DNA of 54,707 nucleotides from an uncultured Pseudomonadales bacterium (GTDB lineage Bacteria; Patescibacteriota; Microgenomatia; UBA1400; UBA12028): assembly GCA_964509365.1 (NCBI GenBank), contig CAZDWN010000005.1, forward strand, positions 1 through 54,707, in the 5' to 3' direction. Below are positions 8,019 through 17,336 of the stretch, one piece after another (the stretch's first letter is position 1; each line of letters begins with the position of its first letter). The notes below the pieces were generated by a model that worked only from the letters and a program-made list of their open reading frames with translations, was not told where the DNA came from and did not search any database. Both the position numbers and the translations under genes were made by a program.

Positions 8019-9716
8019 ATGTTACTTTCCACTCCACAAGTCGTTCAGATACTGACCGCGTCAGGCAAAATGGATGCGAAGACGGCGGCTGAGTATGAAG
8101 CCAAAGCCAACGAGGCCAAAAAGCCACTCGATGATTTTTTGATAGAAAAAGGAGTCTTGAGTGATGAAGATCTAGGCAAGCTGACTGCCAGTGTCTTCAA
8201 GCTGCCGTTCATTAATTTGACGTCGGCGACTATTTCAGACGAAATTTTTCAATTGCTTCCTGAGCGCCTTGCTCGCACTGAGCACGTAGTCGTTTTTGCA
8301 AAAAATGACAAATCCATCAGTGTTGCGATGGTCGTGCCACGACAACTTGAGCTTTTTTCAATGCTGACGAAAAAAACGAGTAGAAGTGTCGAAATTGCAG
8401 TGGCTACAAAAAAGGACATTGAGACTTCACTGAAGTTATACAAACGCGATCTGCAGAAGGTGGTGGATGCGCTCATTGCTGAAGACATGCCCACCTATGG
8501 ATCACAAGGTGAGACTGATGATCCTCCAGTCACGAAGATCGTCGACGCACTTATCAATTCTGCGTATCAAGATAAAACTTCCGATATTCACATGGAAGCT
8601 CGCGAAAAAGATGCCATCGTGCGTCTGCGCATCGATGGTGTCTTGCATGATGTCTTGACGGTCAGTAAATATTTGCATGATCGCATGGTGACACGTATTA
8701 AGGTCCTCTCCAGTCTACGTACTGATGAGCACTATAGTGCTCAAGATGGGAAAATGCGTATTGATGTCGGCGCCGAGAAACTTGATATTCGTGTCTCGAT
8801 CATTCCCATTGTCGAAGGTGAGAAAGTGGTTCTCCGTTTGCTCTCGACCAAGACAAAACAATTGACATTGACCGACTTGGGTATGAGTGAAGCAAATTTG
8901 GCGACCGTTAAACATGCCTATACTCGATCGTACGGTATGATCCTCTCCACAGGTCCGACGGGTTCAGGGAAGACAACATCGATCTATTCCATGCTTTTAC
9001 AGATCAATACTCGAGAGAAAAATTTGACCTCGATTGAGGATCCAGTTGAGTATCGTATCGCCGGCGCGAATCAAGTGCAGGTGAATACGAAAACAAATCT
9101 CACGTTTGCCAATGGATTGCGCTCACTCTTGCGGCAAGATCCAAATATCATCTTGGTGGGAGAAATTCGTGATAATGAGACGGCCGGTATCGCGGTCAAC
9201 GCGGCTTTGACGGGTCACTTAGTATTCTCGACATTGCATACCAACGATGCCGCCACAGCAATCCCGCGTTTGATCGATATGAAAGTAGAGCCATTCTTGG
9301 TGGCTTCGACTGTGAACATTATTATTGCTCAACGTCTCGTTCGCAAGATCTGCGATGTCTGTCGCATCTCACATACGATAACCACCGAAGAGTTGTCGAA
9401 AGATCTCTCAGCAGAGATGATCTCCAAACATTACACTCCAGTCGGAAGTAATGGGGAGATTCGTATGTACAAAGGGAAAGGGTGCAAAGCATGTCATCAA
9501 ACAGGATACCAGGGTCGACTGGGAATCTATGAAGTCCTCGAAGTGAGTAAACCAATTCGTGAACTCGTCGCCAAACACGCGGACTCTGATGTCATCATGC
9601 AACAAGCTGTGAAAGAAGGAATGACAACGATGCAAGATGATGGATTGCAAAAAGTAGCGCAAGGACTCACGACGCTGGAGGAAATCCTTCGGGTTACAAA
9701 AACCGAACTTGCGTAA
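8019..9716 (+). CDS. pilB: type IV pilus assembly ATPase (GspE/PilB family)
   Basis: 565 aa with Walker A GPTGSGKTT, the Asp/His boxes (LRQDPNIILVGEIRD, TGHLVFSTLHTN) and the tetracysteine CDVC...CKAC. Confidence 0.9.
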   Translation: MLLSTPQVVQILTASGKMDAKTAAEYEAKANEAKKPLDDFLIEKGVLSDEDLGKLTASVFKLPFINLTSATISDEIFQLLPERLARTEHVVVFAKNDKSISVAMVVPRQLELFSMLTKKTSRSVEIAVATKKDIETSLKLYKRDLQKVVDALIAEDMPTYGSQGETDDPPVTKIVDALINSAYQDKTSDIHMEAREKDAIVRLRIDGVLHDVLTVSKYLHDRMVTRIKVLSSLRTDEHYSAQDGKMRIDVGAEKLDIRVSIIPIVEGEKVVLRLLSTKTKQLTLTDLGMSEANLATVKHAYTRSYGMILSTGPTGSGKTTSIYSMLLQINTREKNLTSIEDPVEYRIAGANQVQVNTKTNLTFANGLRSLLRQDPNIILVGEIRDNETAGIAVNAALTGHLVFSTLHTNDAATAIPRLIDMKVEPFLVASTVNIIIAQRLVRKICDVCRISHTITTEELSKDLSAEMISKHYTPVGSNGEIRMYKGKGCKACHQTGYQGRLGIYEVLEVSKPIRELVAKHADSDVIMQQAVKEGMTTMQDDGLQKVAQGLTTLEEILRVTKTELA

Positions 9717-9727
9717 CACGTATATCT

Positions 9728-10786
9728 ATGGCTACCTCACTCGCTCGAGTCTATCTCAACAACAACGAAAAGATTGGTCTGATCAGTAATTTGGCGACCA
9801 TGCTCACTGCTGGCGTGCCGATCTTAGAGTCAGTCAACTCACTGCTCGAGGACTCAAAAGGGGGAGCAAAGATCCTTTTGGAAACCATGCGTGATGATCT
9901 TTCCCAAGGTGAGCGGCTGTACGTCACATTTTCAAAATTTCCCAATACGTTTAGTAAAGTGACCGTCAACTTGATCAAGGCAGCGGAAGAGGCTGGGAAC
10001 CTCAATGTCATTTTGCATGATCTCAAATCAAGTATCCGGAAGGAGATGGAGTTTACTGACAAAGTCAGGGCAGCATTGATCTATCCACTGATGATCATGG
10101 TCGTATTTGTCGGTGTGCTTCTCATGATGCTCGTCGTCGTCATCCCAAAGATCTCGACGGTCTTTTTACGACTCAAAGTAGACCTCCCATTACCCACGAA
10201 AGTCCTCATCTTTCTTTCTAATCTTGTTCTCCACAATACAGTGCCATTGGTTTTAAGCTTTGTATCCATTATTGGTATTTCCTTTTTCCTCTATCGGCGC
10301 AATCGAAATATTATTTTGACTCCGCTCTTCGCTATGCCACTGATCTCAAATTTGATCCTTGGGATTGATCTCACTCGATTTTCACACAATCTCTATCTGC
10401 TTCTCAACTCAGGTATCCCCATCACGCAAGCTTTGGAGTTGTCTGAAGAAGTGGTGATGAAAAAAGAGCTTCGAGCGATCATTGCCAACGCTCGTGATAT
10501 GGTGACGAGTGGGAAAAAGATGTCGGATGCATTTAAAGGGAAGAAGACTATCATCCCTTCGATAATGACAAAACTTGTCGAAGTCGGAGATAAGACCGGT
10601 ACCTTGGACAAGTCCATGCAAGATATTTCTGAGTATCTAGATTATGAAGTCTCAGAGCGACTCAAGACCGTCACTGTTATCCTCGAGCCAGTGATGCTTA
10701 TCATGGTGGGAGTCTTGGTTGGAGGCATGATGCTTGCAATCATCGCTCCAATCTACGGCCTGATCGGCCAAGTCGGCGGACGATAG
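9728..10786 (+). CDS. pilC: type IV pilus platform protein (GspF/PilC family)
   Basis: 352 aa with two T2SS-F repeats and three TM segments. Lies immediately downstream of pilB. Confidence 0.9.
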   Translation: MATSLARVYLNNNEKIGLISNLATMLTAGVPILESVNSLLEDSKGGAKILLETMRDDLSQGERLYVTFSKFPNTFSKVTVNLIKAAEEAGNLNVILHDLKSSIRKEMEFTDKVRAALIYPLMIMVVFVGVLLMMLVVVIPKISTVFLRLKVDLPLPTKVLIFLSNLVLHNTVPLVLSFVSIIGISFFLYRRNRNIILTPLFAMPLISNLILGIDLTRFSHNLYLLLNSGIPITQALELSEEVVMKKELRAIIANARDMVTSGKKMSDAFKGKKTIIPSIMTKLVEVGDKTGTLDKSMQDISEYLDYEVSERLKTVTVILEPVMLIMVGVLVGGMMLAIIAPIYGLIGQVGGR

Positions 10787-10790
10787 GGAC

Positions 10791-11162
10791 TTATTGCAAC
10801 AGCTCTTTGATCTTTTTGAGCAAAATATCTGGAGTAAAGTCACTTTTGACGATGGCACCAGCGGCCCCCTTTGTCATTCCATCTTGGACTGCAGGATCAT
10901 CATGCAGACTGGTAAAGAGAATGATTTTTCCATTTTTCGCTTTCGCAGGATGAGCCTGCAGCTCTGCCAGGATCCCGATGCCATCAATCTTGGGCATCAT
11001 GACATCGAGAAGCACGAGGTCAAATCCTCCTTCTTTCATGAGCGTAAGACCTTGCTCACCATCCGAAGCGGATTGCACCTCGTAGCCCTCAGTTGTTAGA
11101 GTATCAGTAAAGAGTGTTCGGACGGACAAATCGTCGTCCACAATAAGAATTCTTTTTGCCAT
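10791..11162 (-). CDS. stand-alone response-regulator receiver (CheY-like)
   Basis: 123 aa. KRILIVDDD...DLVLLDVMMPKIDG..., with a conserved Lys region and no output domain. Confidence 0.9.
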   Translation of the reverse strand: MAKRILIVDDDLSVRTLFTDTLTTEGYEVQSASDGEQGLTLMKEGGFDLVLLDVMMPKIDGIGILAELQAHPAKAKNGKIILFTSLHDDPAVQDGMTKGAAGAIVKSDFTPDILLKKIKELLQ

Positions 11163-11199
11163 GCCCGTACTGTACTATGAATATGTACGAATTTCAAAT

Positions 11200-11682
11200 A
11201 TGCATAGTCGTGGTTTTACACTCATCGAAGTTATTGTAGTACTCGGCGTACTGGCCACACTGATGGTTTTTGCAAGTGTCAACGTCTTGCAGTTGCAACG
11301 TCACACGCATGTCCAGACCACAGTCACGCAATTGGCTGCTGATCTCTATGAGCAGCGCCAGCGTGCGATGAGCGGCGATACGCAGGGGCGCTCCACCATT
11401 GATTCCTATGGAGTGTACTTTCGATCGAGTAGTTACGTGTTGTTCCACGGTGCCACATATTCAGCTGTCAGTGCAGACAACGTGACCATTCCGATCCAAA
11501 GTCCGATTCAAATGAGCTCGACGACATTTGCCAATTCCCAAGTCATATTCTTGAAAGGAAGCGGAGAGATCTCTGGGTACTCGCCAAACGCAAATAGCGT
11601 CACACTCACGAATACAACAAATTCCGAAGCAGTTCAAATAGTCTTAAACAAATATGGCACTATTACCTCAGATCTCCCGTAA
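11200..11682 (+). CDS. minor pseudopilin (prepilin-type N-terminal methylation domain)
   Basis: Preferred start MHSRG|FTLIEVIVVLGVLATL is a class III signal with Glu at +5. The track ORF begins at 11161. Confidence 0.8.
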   Translation: MHSRGFTLIEVIVVLGVLATLMVFASVNVLQLQRHTHVQTTVTQLAADLYEQRQRAMSGDTQGRSTIDSYGVYFRSSSYVLFHGATYSAVSADNVTIPIQSPIQMSSTTFANSQVIFLKGSGEISGYSPNANSVTLTNTTNSEAVQIVLNKYGTITSDLP

Positions 11683-14080
11683 TGCGGGAGTATCACTTGT
11701 CGAGTTACTTCTCGCGGTCGCGATCGCGGGTTTGGTCATGCCCGCAATAATCAGTGGGTTTATCTCATCCAGACAAGGTCTCGTGCAACAGTCACAACGA
11801 GAGATCGCTGTGACGTATTATCGGGAAGCTCAGGAGGCGGTGAGAAGTGTGCGCGAAGCAGGCTGGAGTGCGTTTGCTGTCAACGGGACGTACTATCCTC
11901 GAATAGTGAGTGGTGCATGGAAGCTAACTGCAGGGACACAAACGATTGGTGACTACACAAGAAATATCGTCATCAGCGATGTCCAACGAAATGTCGCTGG
12001 TCAGATCGTCAGTTCTGGAGGAACGTATGATCCATCGACGAAGAAAATAGTCATTACCGTCGGTTGGAATATTCCCTATAGCTCAAGCATGACTTCCACA
12101 TTGTATTTAACGAGGTATTTGAATAACTTATCGTATCTTCAGACATCGCAAGCTGATTTTAATGGCAACACGCTGACGCAAACTGCCGTGACGAATACGG
12201 CTGGGGGAGAAGCGCAGCTTTCAAATAATCAAAAAGCAAAATGGTGCTCACCATCATTTGCGAGCACGACGATCGATCTTCCCGACGGTCCACCGGTCGC
12301 AGTCTCTGCCACAGCGAGTGCGGTCAGCAGTGCGATCCCAAATGACGTATTTACGGTGACGTCACCGTACGCGACAAGCTCGACCAAACTTGCGTATGTC
12401 CAGGTCCCCGCAAATATTGATCCACCGACCGCGAGTCTTAAAGGCACGTTTACTTTAGATCCCACCAAGTATAGTTCGGCTGGCCTCGTGCCAACTGGCC
12501 TTGGGCTTGATAACAATTTTGTGACCAATTCTGTCAAATATTACAAGTCATCTGGCGGAAAACTCTATGCACTGATTGGGACGACACTTCCGAACAAGGA
12601 AGTGATCGCTATCCAAATCAACGATGGCACTGGCGATGCATGGCAAGATTCTGTCAATCATATCTATAAATACTGGACATTTTTTAACACACGCATGTAT
12701 CAGGGAAACAATACGTCGACTCCAAATCAAGACCAAGCTCCATATGATTATGGAGTCGTATCGATTGATGTGCTGGGAAGTCGAGCCTATGCGTTGTCTG
12801 GTGGATTTCTCTACGTCATTGACCTCTCCAACATCGACAGTAAGTCTGCGTCGGTCGGACTCGATATGGTCGGATGTCGCATCGAAGTCGATGGGGATGA
12901 TTGTAATCCGACGACGAGTAAAGTCAGAAAATACGCTGCAGGAAGTACTGGGACCAATTGGAGTGCGGAATCGACAGGACAAACTGGCTGTATGGATGGA
13001 GGTTCAGTGCAGCGCTACGCCGATAACGATGTCTTTCCGATCCAAGTTGGGGCAAATACCTATGTCTATATAGCGGTCGGGGCGGGTACTGATCCAGAAC
13101 TTGATATCGTCAATGTCACCACAGTACCGACGAGTGGCACTTCTCCAAAAATAAGTCAAAGTACCTGTGGGACGATCGCTAGCGGCAATGCCAGTTGGAA
13201 ACGTATTAGCTCTCTTGATTTCAATTCAAAATCAGGCACGCAAGAGTCGTCAAACTCTGTGTTTGGGAATACGAGTGGGACTCGTGCCTACATCGCCTCA
13301 AATGGAGGGGTCGATGGAAATGGCGACGGACAACCAGATAGTGATCAGTTTTATGTCGTCGACACAACCAATAAAAGTTCCCCAAAGTTTTTGACAGGGA
13401 CGCCAGCAACAGGGGCGACCAGTGGATACTATAACGGTGACACCACCAATATTCAGATGTTTCCCACTCGATCACTTACCGTGCTCAATGGCCAGCGAGT
13501 GGTCTTAGTAGGGAAAGATGGATTTCCTGCCGACGGCACTGAACCAAAGGAGTACCAAGTGTTAAATCTCGATACTGAAAGCACCCCAAACTATTGCGGA
13601 GGCTTAAACTTTATCTCAGGCTTTAATGACTTGACGTCAGTGACAGAAGCGGATTTTGATACGTTTGTGTATATGGTGGCCAATACCAATGAGAAACAAT
13701 TGAAGATTATTCAGGGAGGTCCCGATGGAACCTATTCAAATACCGGGACCATGGTCTCAAGCCCTCTCAATGCTGGTTTTGATACGACTTTCAATCGCTA
13801 TATGGCTACGGAGACGCTGCCTACAAATACGACACTCAAGTTTCAGTTCGCAGGCGCTGACCCAGTCGCTGGTAGCTGCACGGGGGCCAGCTATACCTAC
13901 ACAGGCCCTGATGGCTCCACTGGTACGTACTATACCGCGACCACCAGTGCGATCTTTGTCGGGACAAGTGGTGGGTATAAAAACCCTGCGCAATGTTTCC
14001 GTTACAAAGCTTTTTTTGATACGACTGATTACAATGCCACACCGGTACTATCCGATATGACCATCAACTACTCACCATAA
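11654..14080 (+). CDS. giant pilin-like protein with LVIVD/beta-propeller-like repeats (candidate pilus tip adhesin)
   Basis: 808 aa. The N-terminus ..SRNAG|VSLVELLLAVAIAG is pilin-like. The body has recurring LVIVD-type strings (GFLYVIDLSNIDS, QFYVVDTTNKSSPKF, YQVLNLDTESTP). The start overlaps the previous gene. Confidence 0.8.
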   Translation: MALLPQISRNAGVSLVELLLAVAIAGLVMPAIISGFISSRQGLVQQSQREIAVTYYREAQEAVRSVREAGWSAFAVNGTYYPRIVSGAWKLTAGTQTIGDYTRNIVISDVQRNVAGQIVSSGGTYDPSTKKIVITVGWNIPYSSSMTSTLYLTRYLNNLSYLQTSQADFNGNTLTQTAVTNTAGGEAQLSNNQKAKWCSPSFASTTIDLPDGPPVAVSATASAVSSAIPNDVFTVTSPYATSSTKLAYVQVPANIDPPTASLKGTFTLDPTKYSSAGLVPTGLGLDNNFVTNSVKYYKSSGGKLYALIGTTLPNKEVIAIQINDGTGDAWQDSVNHIYKYWTFFNTRMYQGNNTSTPNQDQAPYDYGVVSIDVLGSRAYALSGGFLYVIDLSNIDSKSASVGLDMVGCRIEVDGDDCNPTTSKVRKYAAGSTGTNWSAESTGQTGCMDGGSVQRYADNDVFPIQVGANTYVYIAVGAGTDPELDIVNVTTVPTSGTSPKISQSTCGTIASGNASWKRISSLDFNSKSGTQESSNSVFGNTSGTRAYIASNGGVDGNGDGQPDSDQFYVVDTTNKSSPKFLTGTPATGATSGYYNGDTTNIQMFPTRSLTVLNGQRVVLVGKDGFPADGTEPKEYQVLNLDTESTPNYCGGLNFISGFNDLTSVTEADFDTFVYMVANTNEKQLKIIQGGPDGTYSNTGTMVSSPLNAGFDTTFNRYMATETLPTNTTLKFQFAGADPVAGSCTGASYTYTGPDGSTGTYYTATTSAIFVGTSGGYKNPAQCFRYKAFFDTTDYNATPVLSDMTINYSP

Positions 14081-14104
14081 GAAAAGAGACAAGAGAAAAA
14101 ATGT

Positions 14105-14602
14105 ATGAAAGTGAAAACAAAACAGCAAGGTTTTACATTGATAGAGCTGCTCATCTACATGGGACTCTTGTCAATATTTATGGTGGTCATGACCGATTTG
14201 TTAACGCAGCTACTCGACTTGCGCACACAATCGACCGCGCAAACGTTTGTCACTTCGGATGGAAATTTTTTGAAGGATCGATTGTCATATGACATCAGAC
14301 GAAGCAGTGCGATCGTGACTCCGGCGACGGTAGGGACGACGGCCTCGCAATTTGTGATCACGATTGGGGGTGCAAACTATACCTATGCAGTCACCAATTC
14401 TGCACTAGGTGTAACGACGGGAGGAGTCACCACGTTACTCACAACGAGCGACGTATCAATAGCGTCGTTGTCAGCGACTCGTATCGGGAATGGAACGAGC
14501 AAAGACACGATCAAGCTTTCGTATACGCTCGTGAGCAAACGCACTGCGCATAACTTGCCAGTGGAACAGAAATCATATGCGTTGACGATCGGAGCACGAT
14601 GA
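14105..14602 (+). CDS. minor pseudopilin
   Basis: 165 aa. MKVKTKQQG|FTLIELLIYMGLLSIF is a prepilin signal. Confidence 0.85.
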   Translation: MKVKTKQQGFTLIELLIYMGLLSIFMVVMTDLLTQLLDLRTQSTAQTFVTSDGNFLKDRLSYDIRRSSAIVTPATVGTTASQFVITIGGANYTYAVTNSALGVTTGGVTTLLTTSDVSIASLSATRIGNGTSKDTIKLSYTLVSKRTAHNLPVEQKSYALTIGAR

Positions 14603-15006
14603 ATTTGTGTCAAACTTTTCCATTGAAAAAGAAATCAGGCCAAGCAGGGCAAGCTCTCGTCGTATTGTTAATGTTCGTCACGGTTGCGATGATGGTCAGC
14701 GTCGCGGCGACATTGCTCTCTTCGTACGCGCTGAGTGCGACTACGAGACTCGAGCAGTCTCAAACTGCTCTCGATGTCTCCGAAAGTGGTATGGAGAATG
14801 CATTGCTGCGACTGCTTCGTGATCCATTTTACGGTGGCGAGACATTGACACTGCCGTCGGGTGTCGCCACAATAACAGTAACGGGAGGAAGTACCAAGAC
14901 GATAACGAGTGTCGGCACTGCTGGTAACTTTATGCACACCACGGTGGCGACGGTCCTGTACTCGAACGGAGTGTACTCCATTACATCTTGGTCGGACTCG
15001 TATTGA
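14599..15006 (+). CDS. PilX-like minor pilus protein
   Basis: 135 aa. Its ATGA start overlaps the upstream stop. N-terminal GQALVVLLMFVTVAMMVSVA resembles a PilX_N-type anchor and lacks Glu5. Confidence 0.65.
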   Translation: MNLCQTFPLKKKSGQAGQALVVLLMFVTVAMMVSVAATLLSSYALSATTRLEQSQTALDVSESGMENALLRLLRDPFYGGETLTLPSGVATITVTGGSTKTITSVGTAGNFMHTTVATVLYSNGVYSITSWSDSY

Positions 15007-15007
15007 T

Positions 15008-16066
15008 ATGAAAACAAATGAAAAACCACTGGCGATTTTTGTGCTCGAATCAAACGGTGTCGTCATCTATTCGCAAAAACAACCTCAAGGAACTTCGATT
15101 CAGTTTCCAGCTGGACTGATAGAGCACATGGAGATTCTTAATTTTGATGCAGTGAGAGATCTCCTCGCTCAAGCCTGTGCGACATTAGAACTCAAAGATA
15201 CGCCGGCTCTATTAGTCTTTGGTCAGTCGCTCCTTTTTGAGAAACAAATTGAAGTCCTCCCAGAAGATAAATTGCAGCTTGCTATTGATCAGTTTCGCGA
15301 CTCCACACCTTTTGAGCGAGTCGCATCGCATGCATACAAGAACGCGAAAGGATCACTGGTTGTCAGCATGAATCGTGATTTTTATGATTCATTGCGACAA
15401 GTGCTTGAGCGATGTAGTGTCCACGTCATCGGTATTTTGCCACAACAGATTTTCGTGGGAATTGCAGGGGCAGCTCCTCTGCAACAAAAGACATTGCTGA
15501 TGTTGACGACCAAAATTGATGAGCTCGTCGCGGAGTCGATGGTACTTCATAAAGTTGTGCCAAAGACGCTACAGGAAAAACAAGAATATATTTCGAAAAA
15601 ATACTCAGGTCTCGTGGTCGTAATCTTTGTGCTGTTCTTGCTCGGTGTCTTTGCGCTCACTGGATACATTCTCCAATCACAATTTAAATCTGCGCGAAAA
15701 ACAGCGCCAACTCCTGCTCCAACTCCAGTAGTACAAGAACAAATAAAAGATACCCCGCTGCCTCTAGCGACTCCAGAAGCGATAGCGAGTTCCTCGGCGA
15801 TCATCATAAAAATAGCGTCAGTACCTGAAAATGCATCGGTAGCTGCGCAACTGAGTAAACGACTCAAAGCAGAAAATTTCCCGCAAGTCACTATCCAATC
15901 ACAACCGGGTCTGCAAGGCAATCAACCGTTAGTCGTTTTCAAATCTAGTCTGGCAAGCGCCAACCGAAATGCGATCATCACTGTGATCAAAGAAATCTTT
16001 CCAAATGTCTCCATCCAGGAACTCTCAGAGCTGAGCTCTGATGTCTCTATCACTCTAGGAAAATAG
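15008..16066 (+). CDS. bitopic pilus-assembly membrane protein (PilM/N/O-like role, hypothetical)
   Basis: Preferred ATG at 15008 (MKTNEKPLAIF), 2 nt after the upstream stop. About 200 aa of cytoplasmic domain, one TM (GLVVVIFVLFLLGVFALTGYIL), a Pro/Thr linker and a C-terminal domain. Confidence 0.65.
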   Translation: MKTNEKPLAIFVLESNGVVIYSQKQPQGTSIQFPAGLIEHMEILNFDAVRDLLAQACATLELKDTPALLVFGQSLLFEKQIEVLPEDKLQLAIDQFRDSTPFERVASHAYKNAKGSLVVSMNRDFYDSLRQVLERCSVHVIGILPQQIFVGIAGAAPLQQKTLLMLTTKIDELVAESMVLHKVVPKTLQEKQEYISKKYSGLVVVIFVLFLLGVFALTGYILQSQFKSARKTAPTPAPTPVVQEQIKDTPLPLATPEAIASSSAIIIKIASVPENASVAAQLSKRLKAENFPQVTIQSQPGLQGNQPLVVFKSSLASANRNAIITVIKEIFPNVSIQELSELSSDVSITLGK

Positions 16067-16154
16067 TGATGTATGGGCTTGACAAGGACTTTCTTTTTGA
16101 CGTACGCTGGATAGTAGAGAAAGGTTATTCATTTATTATTCAATAGAGGTACAT

Positions 16155-16619
16155 ATGTCCCATTCTGCCCTTATCAAAAATGCACAAAAAGGTTTCACCC
16201 TTATCGAACTTTTGGTGGTTATCGGTGTCTTGGCCGTCTTGCTCGCTATCGTTTTGATCGCCATCAACCCAGCTCGACAGTTCAGTCAATCAAATAATAC
16301 CAAGCGCGCCAGTGATGTGAACGCGATCTTGAATGCCGTCGATCAATACGCTGCCGACAACAAAGGTGCGATCCCAACGAGTATCACTACGACTTCACAG
16401 ACTATCAGTAACACGGGAGCGGATATTTGTGCACCGATCGTACCAACTTACATAGCGGCATTGCCAGTTGATCCTTTGACAAATAATGGTGCTGCTGTCG
16501 CTACCTGTTCAGGTACGTACACAACCGGATATACCATCATCAAGAGTGCGACGGACAACCGTATCACTGTTACTGCTCCAGCAGCAGAACTCGGTGCCAC
16601 GATTAGTGTCACGCGATAA
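16155..16619 (+). CDS. pilA: major type IV pilin
   Basis: 154 aa. ..NAQKG|FTLIELLVVIGVLAVLLAIVLIAINP. It has its own intergenic upstream region and a strong terminator. Confidence 0.85.
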   Translation: MSHSALIKNAQKGFTLIELLVVIGVLAVLLAIVLIAINPARQFSQSNNTKRASDVNAILNAVDQYAADNKGAIPTSITTTSQTISNTGADICAPIVPTYIAALPVDPLTNNGAAVATCSGTYTTGYTIIKSATDNRITVTAPAAELGATISVTR

Positions 16620-16631
16620 TAGACAAGAAAT

Positions 16632-16665
16632 AAAAAAAGCCCTCGGTTTGTACCGGGGGCTTTTT
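16632..16665. terminator. bidirectional rho-independent terminator (pilA on +, hsp20 on -)
   Basis: A7-GCCCTCGG-tttgta-CCGGGGGC-T5. The stem is flanked by an A-run and a T-run, so it can work on both strands. Confidence 0.8.
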
Positions 16666-16734
16666 GGATTCTGTCGTATAGATCCTGAATAGTTGAGATT
16701 GCATCTCAGCTTTCAGGATGGCCTGGCCTGCAGC

Positions 16735-17130
16735 CTAGGCCACTTTAATTTTTCTTGGCTGTGCTTTTGCTGATTTTGGAAAGGTTAAATGCAAGACTCC
16801 ATGTTCAATCTTGGTGGTAGGATCGGTGCCCATGTCGACATCGGTCGGCACAGAGAATTGATACGAGAATGACGATTGAGATCGTCTGAAGTACTTCTTG
16901 CCTTCATTTTCTTCTTTCTTGGTTTCCGCCACGATACGGACTACGCCTTTTTCAAACGTAATATCGATATCTTTTGGATTGACGCCTGGGACTGCGGCTT
17001 CGACGAAGACATTTTTCTCATCTTCAGCGACCGAAAGTCCTGATGGCATATTACTAAAAAACGACCAGTCATCATTTTCATCCATGAGTGAAGGAAGAGA
17101 AAAGTATGAACGGGGAACGAGGTACGACAT
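16735..17130 (-). CDS. Hsp20/alpha-crystallin small heat-shock protein
   Basis: 131 aa with the alpha-crystallin domain pattern (VAEDEKNVFVEAAVPGVNPKDIDITFEKGVVRI...GVLHLTFPK). Confidence 0.9.
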   Translation of the reverse strand: MSYLVPRSYFSLPSLMDENDDWSFFSNMPSGLSVAEDEKNVFVEAAVPGVNPKDIDITFEKGVVRIVAETKKEENEGKKYFRRSQSSFSYQFSVPTDVDMGTDPTTKIEHGVLHLTFPKSAKAQPRKIKVA

Positions 17131-17243
17131 AGTGCGTCTCCTTTATTACAATAGAATTACTATAATCCACATTTCTTCATCCACTCCTGTACGCAGGTGA
17201 AAAATAGGATTAGCAATAAAATAACATGACTGCTAAGTGGTGT

Positions 17244-17270
17244 CAAGCACTCAGTTTGCGTGAGTGCTAA
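17244..17270. promoter_or_regulatory. CIRCE-type inverted repeat (HrcA operator) upstream of hsp20
   Basis: CAAGCACTC-N9-GAGTGCTAA against the consensus TTAGCACTC-N9-GAGTGCTAA. The right arm is perfect and the left arm matches 7/9. It lies about 115 nt upstream of the hsp20 start, and a TTGACA overlaps its promoter-proximal arm on the minus strand. Confidence 0.7.
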
Positions 17271-17286
17271 ATAAAATCCGAACGTA

Positions 17287-17318
17287 CCAAAAAGCCCTCG
17301 ATTTGATTCGAGGGCTTT
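17287..17318 (-). terminator. rho-independent terminator of the lipoprotein gene
   Basis: AGCCCTCGA-tttgat-TCGAGGGCT, followed by a T-run on the minus strand (plus-strand AAAAA at 17289-17293). Confidence 0.7.
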
Positions 17319-17336
17319 CGTTTGTACTTCTACCGA

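Noticed and set aside
12548-13475. Minus- and plus-strand ORFs nested in the 808-aa pilin gene (12548..12982, 12624..13073 and others)
   Set aside because: They are embedded in a long frame that has a clear pilin signal and operon context. They have no independent start signals.
14909-15007. Long N-terminal extension of the bitopic pilus protein (track start 14909)
   Set aside because: The extension overlaps the preceding PilX-like gene by 98 nt and is Arg/Cys-rich, unlike the rest of the protein. The ATG at 15008 sits 2 nt after the upstream stop.
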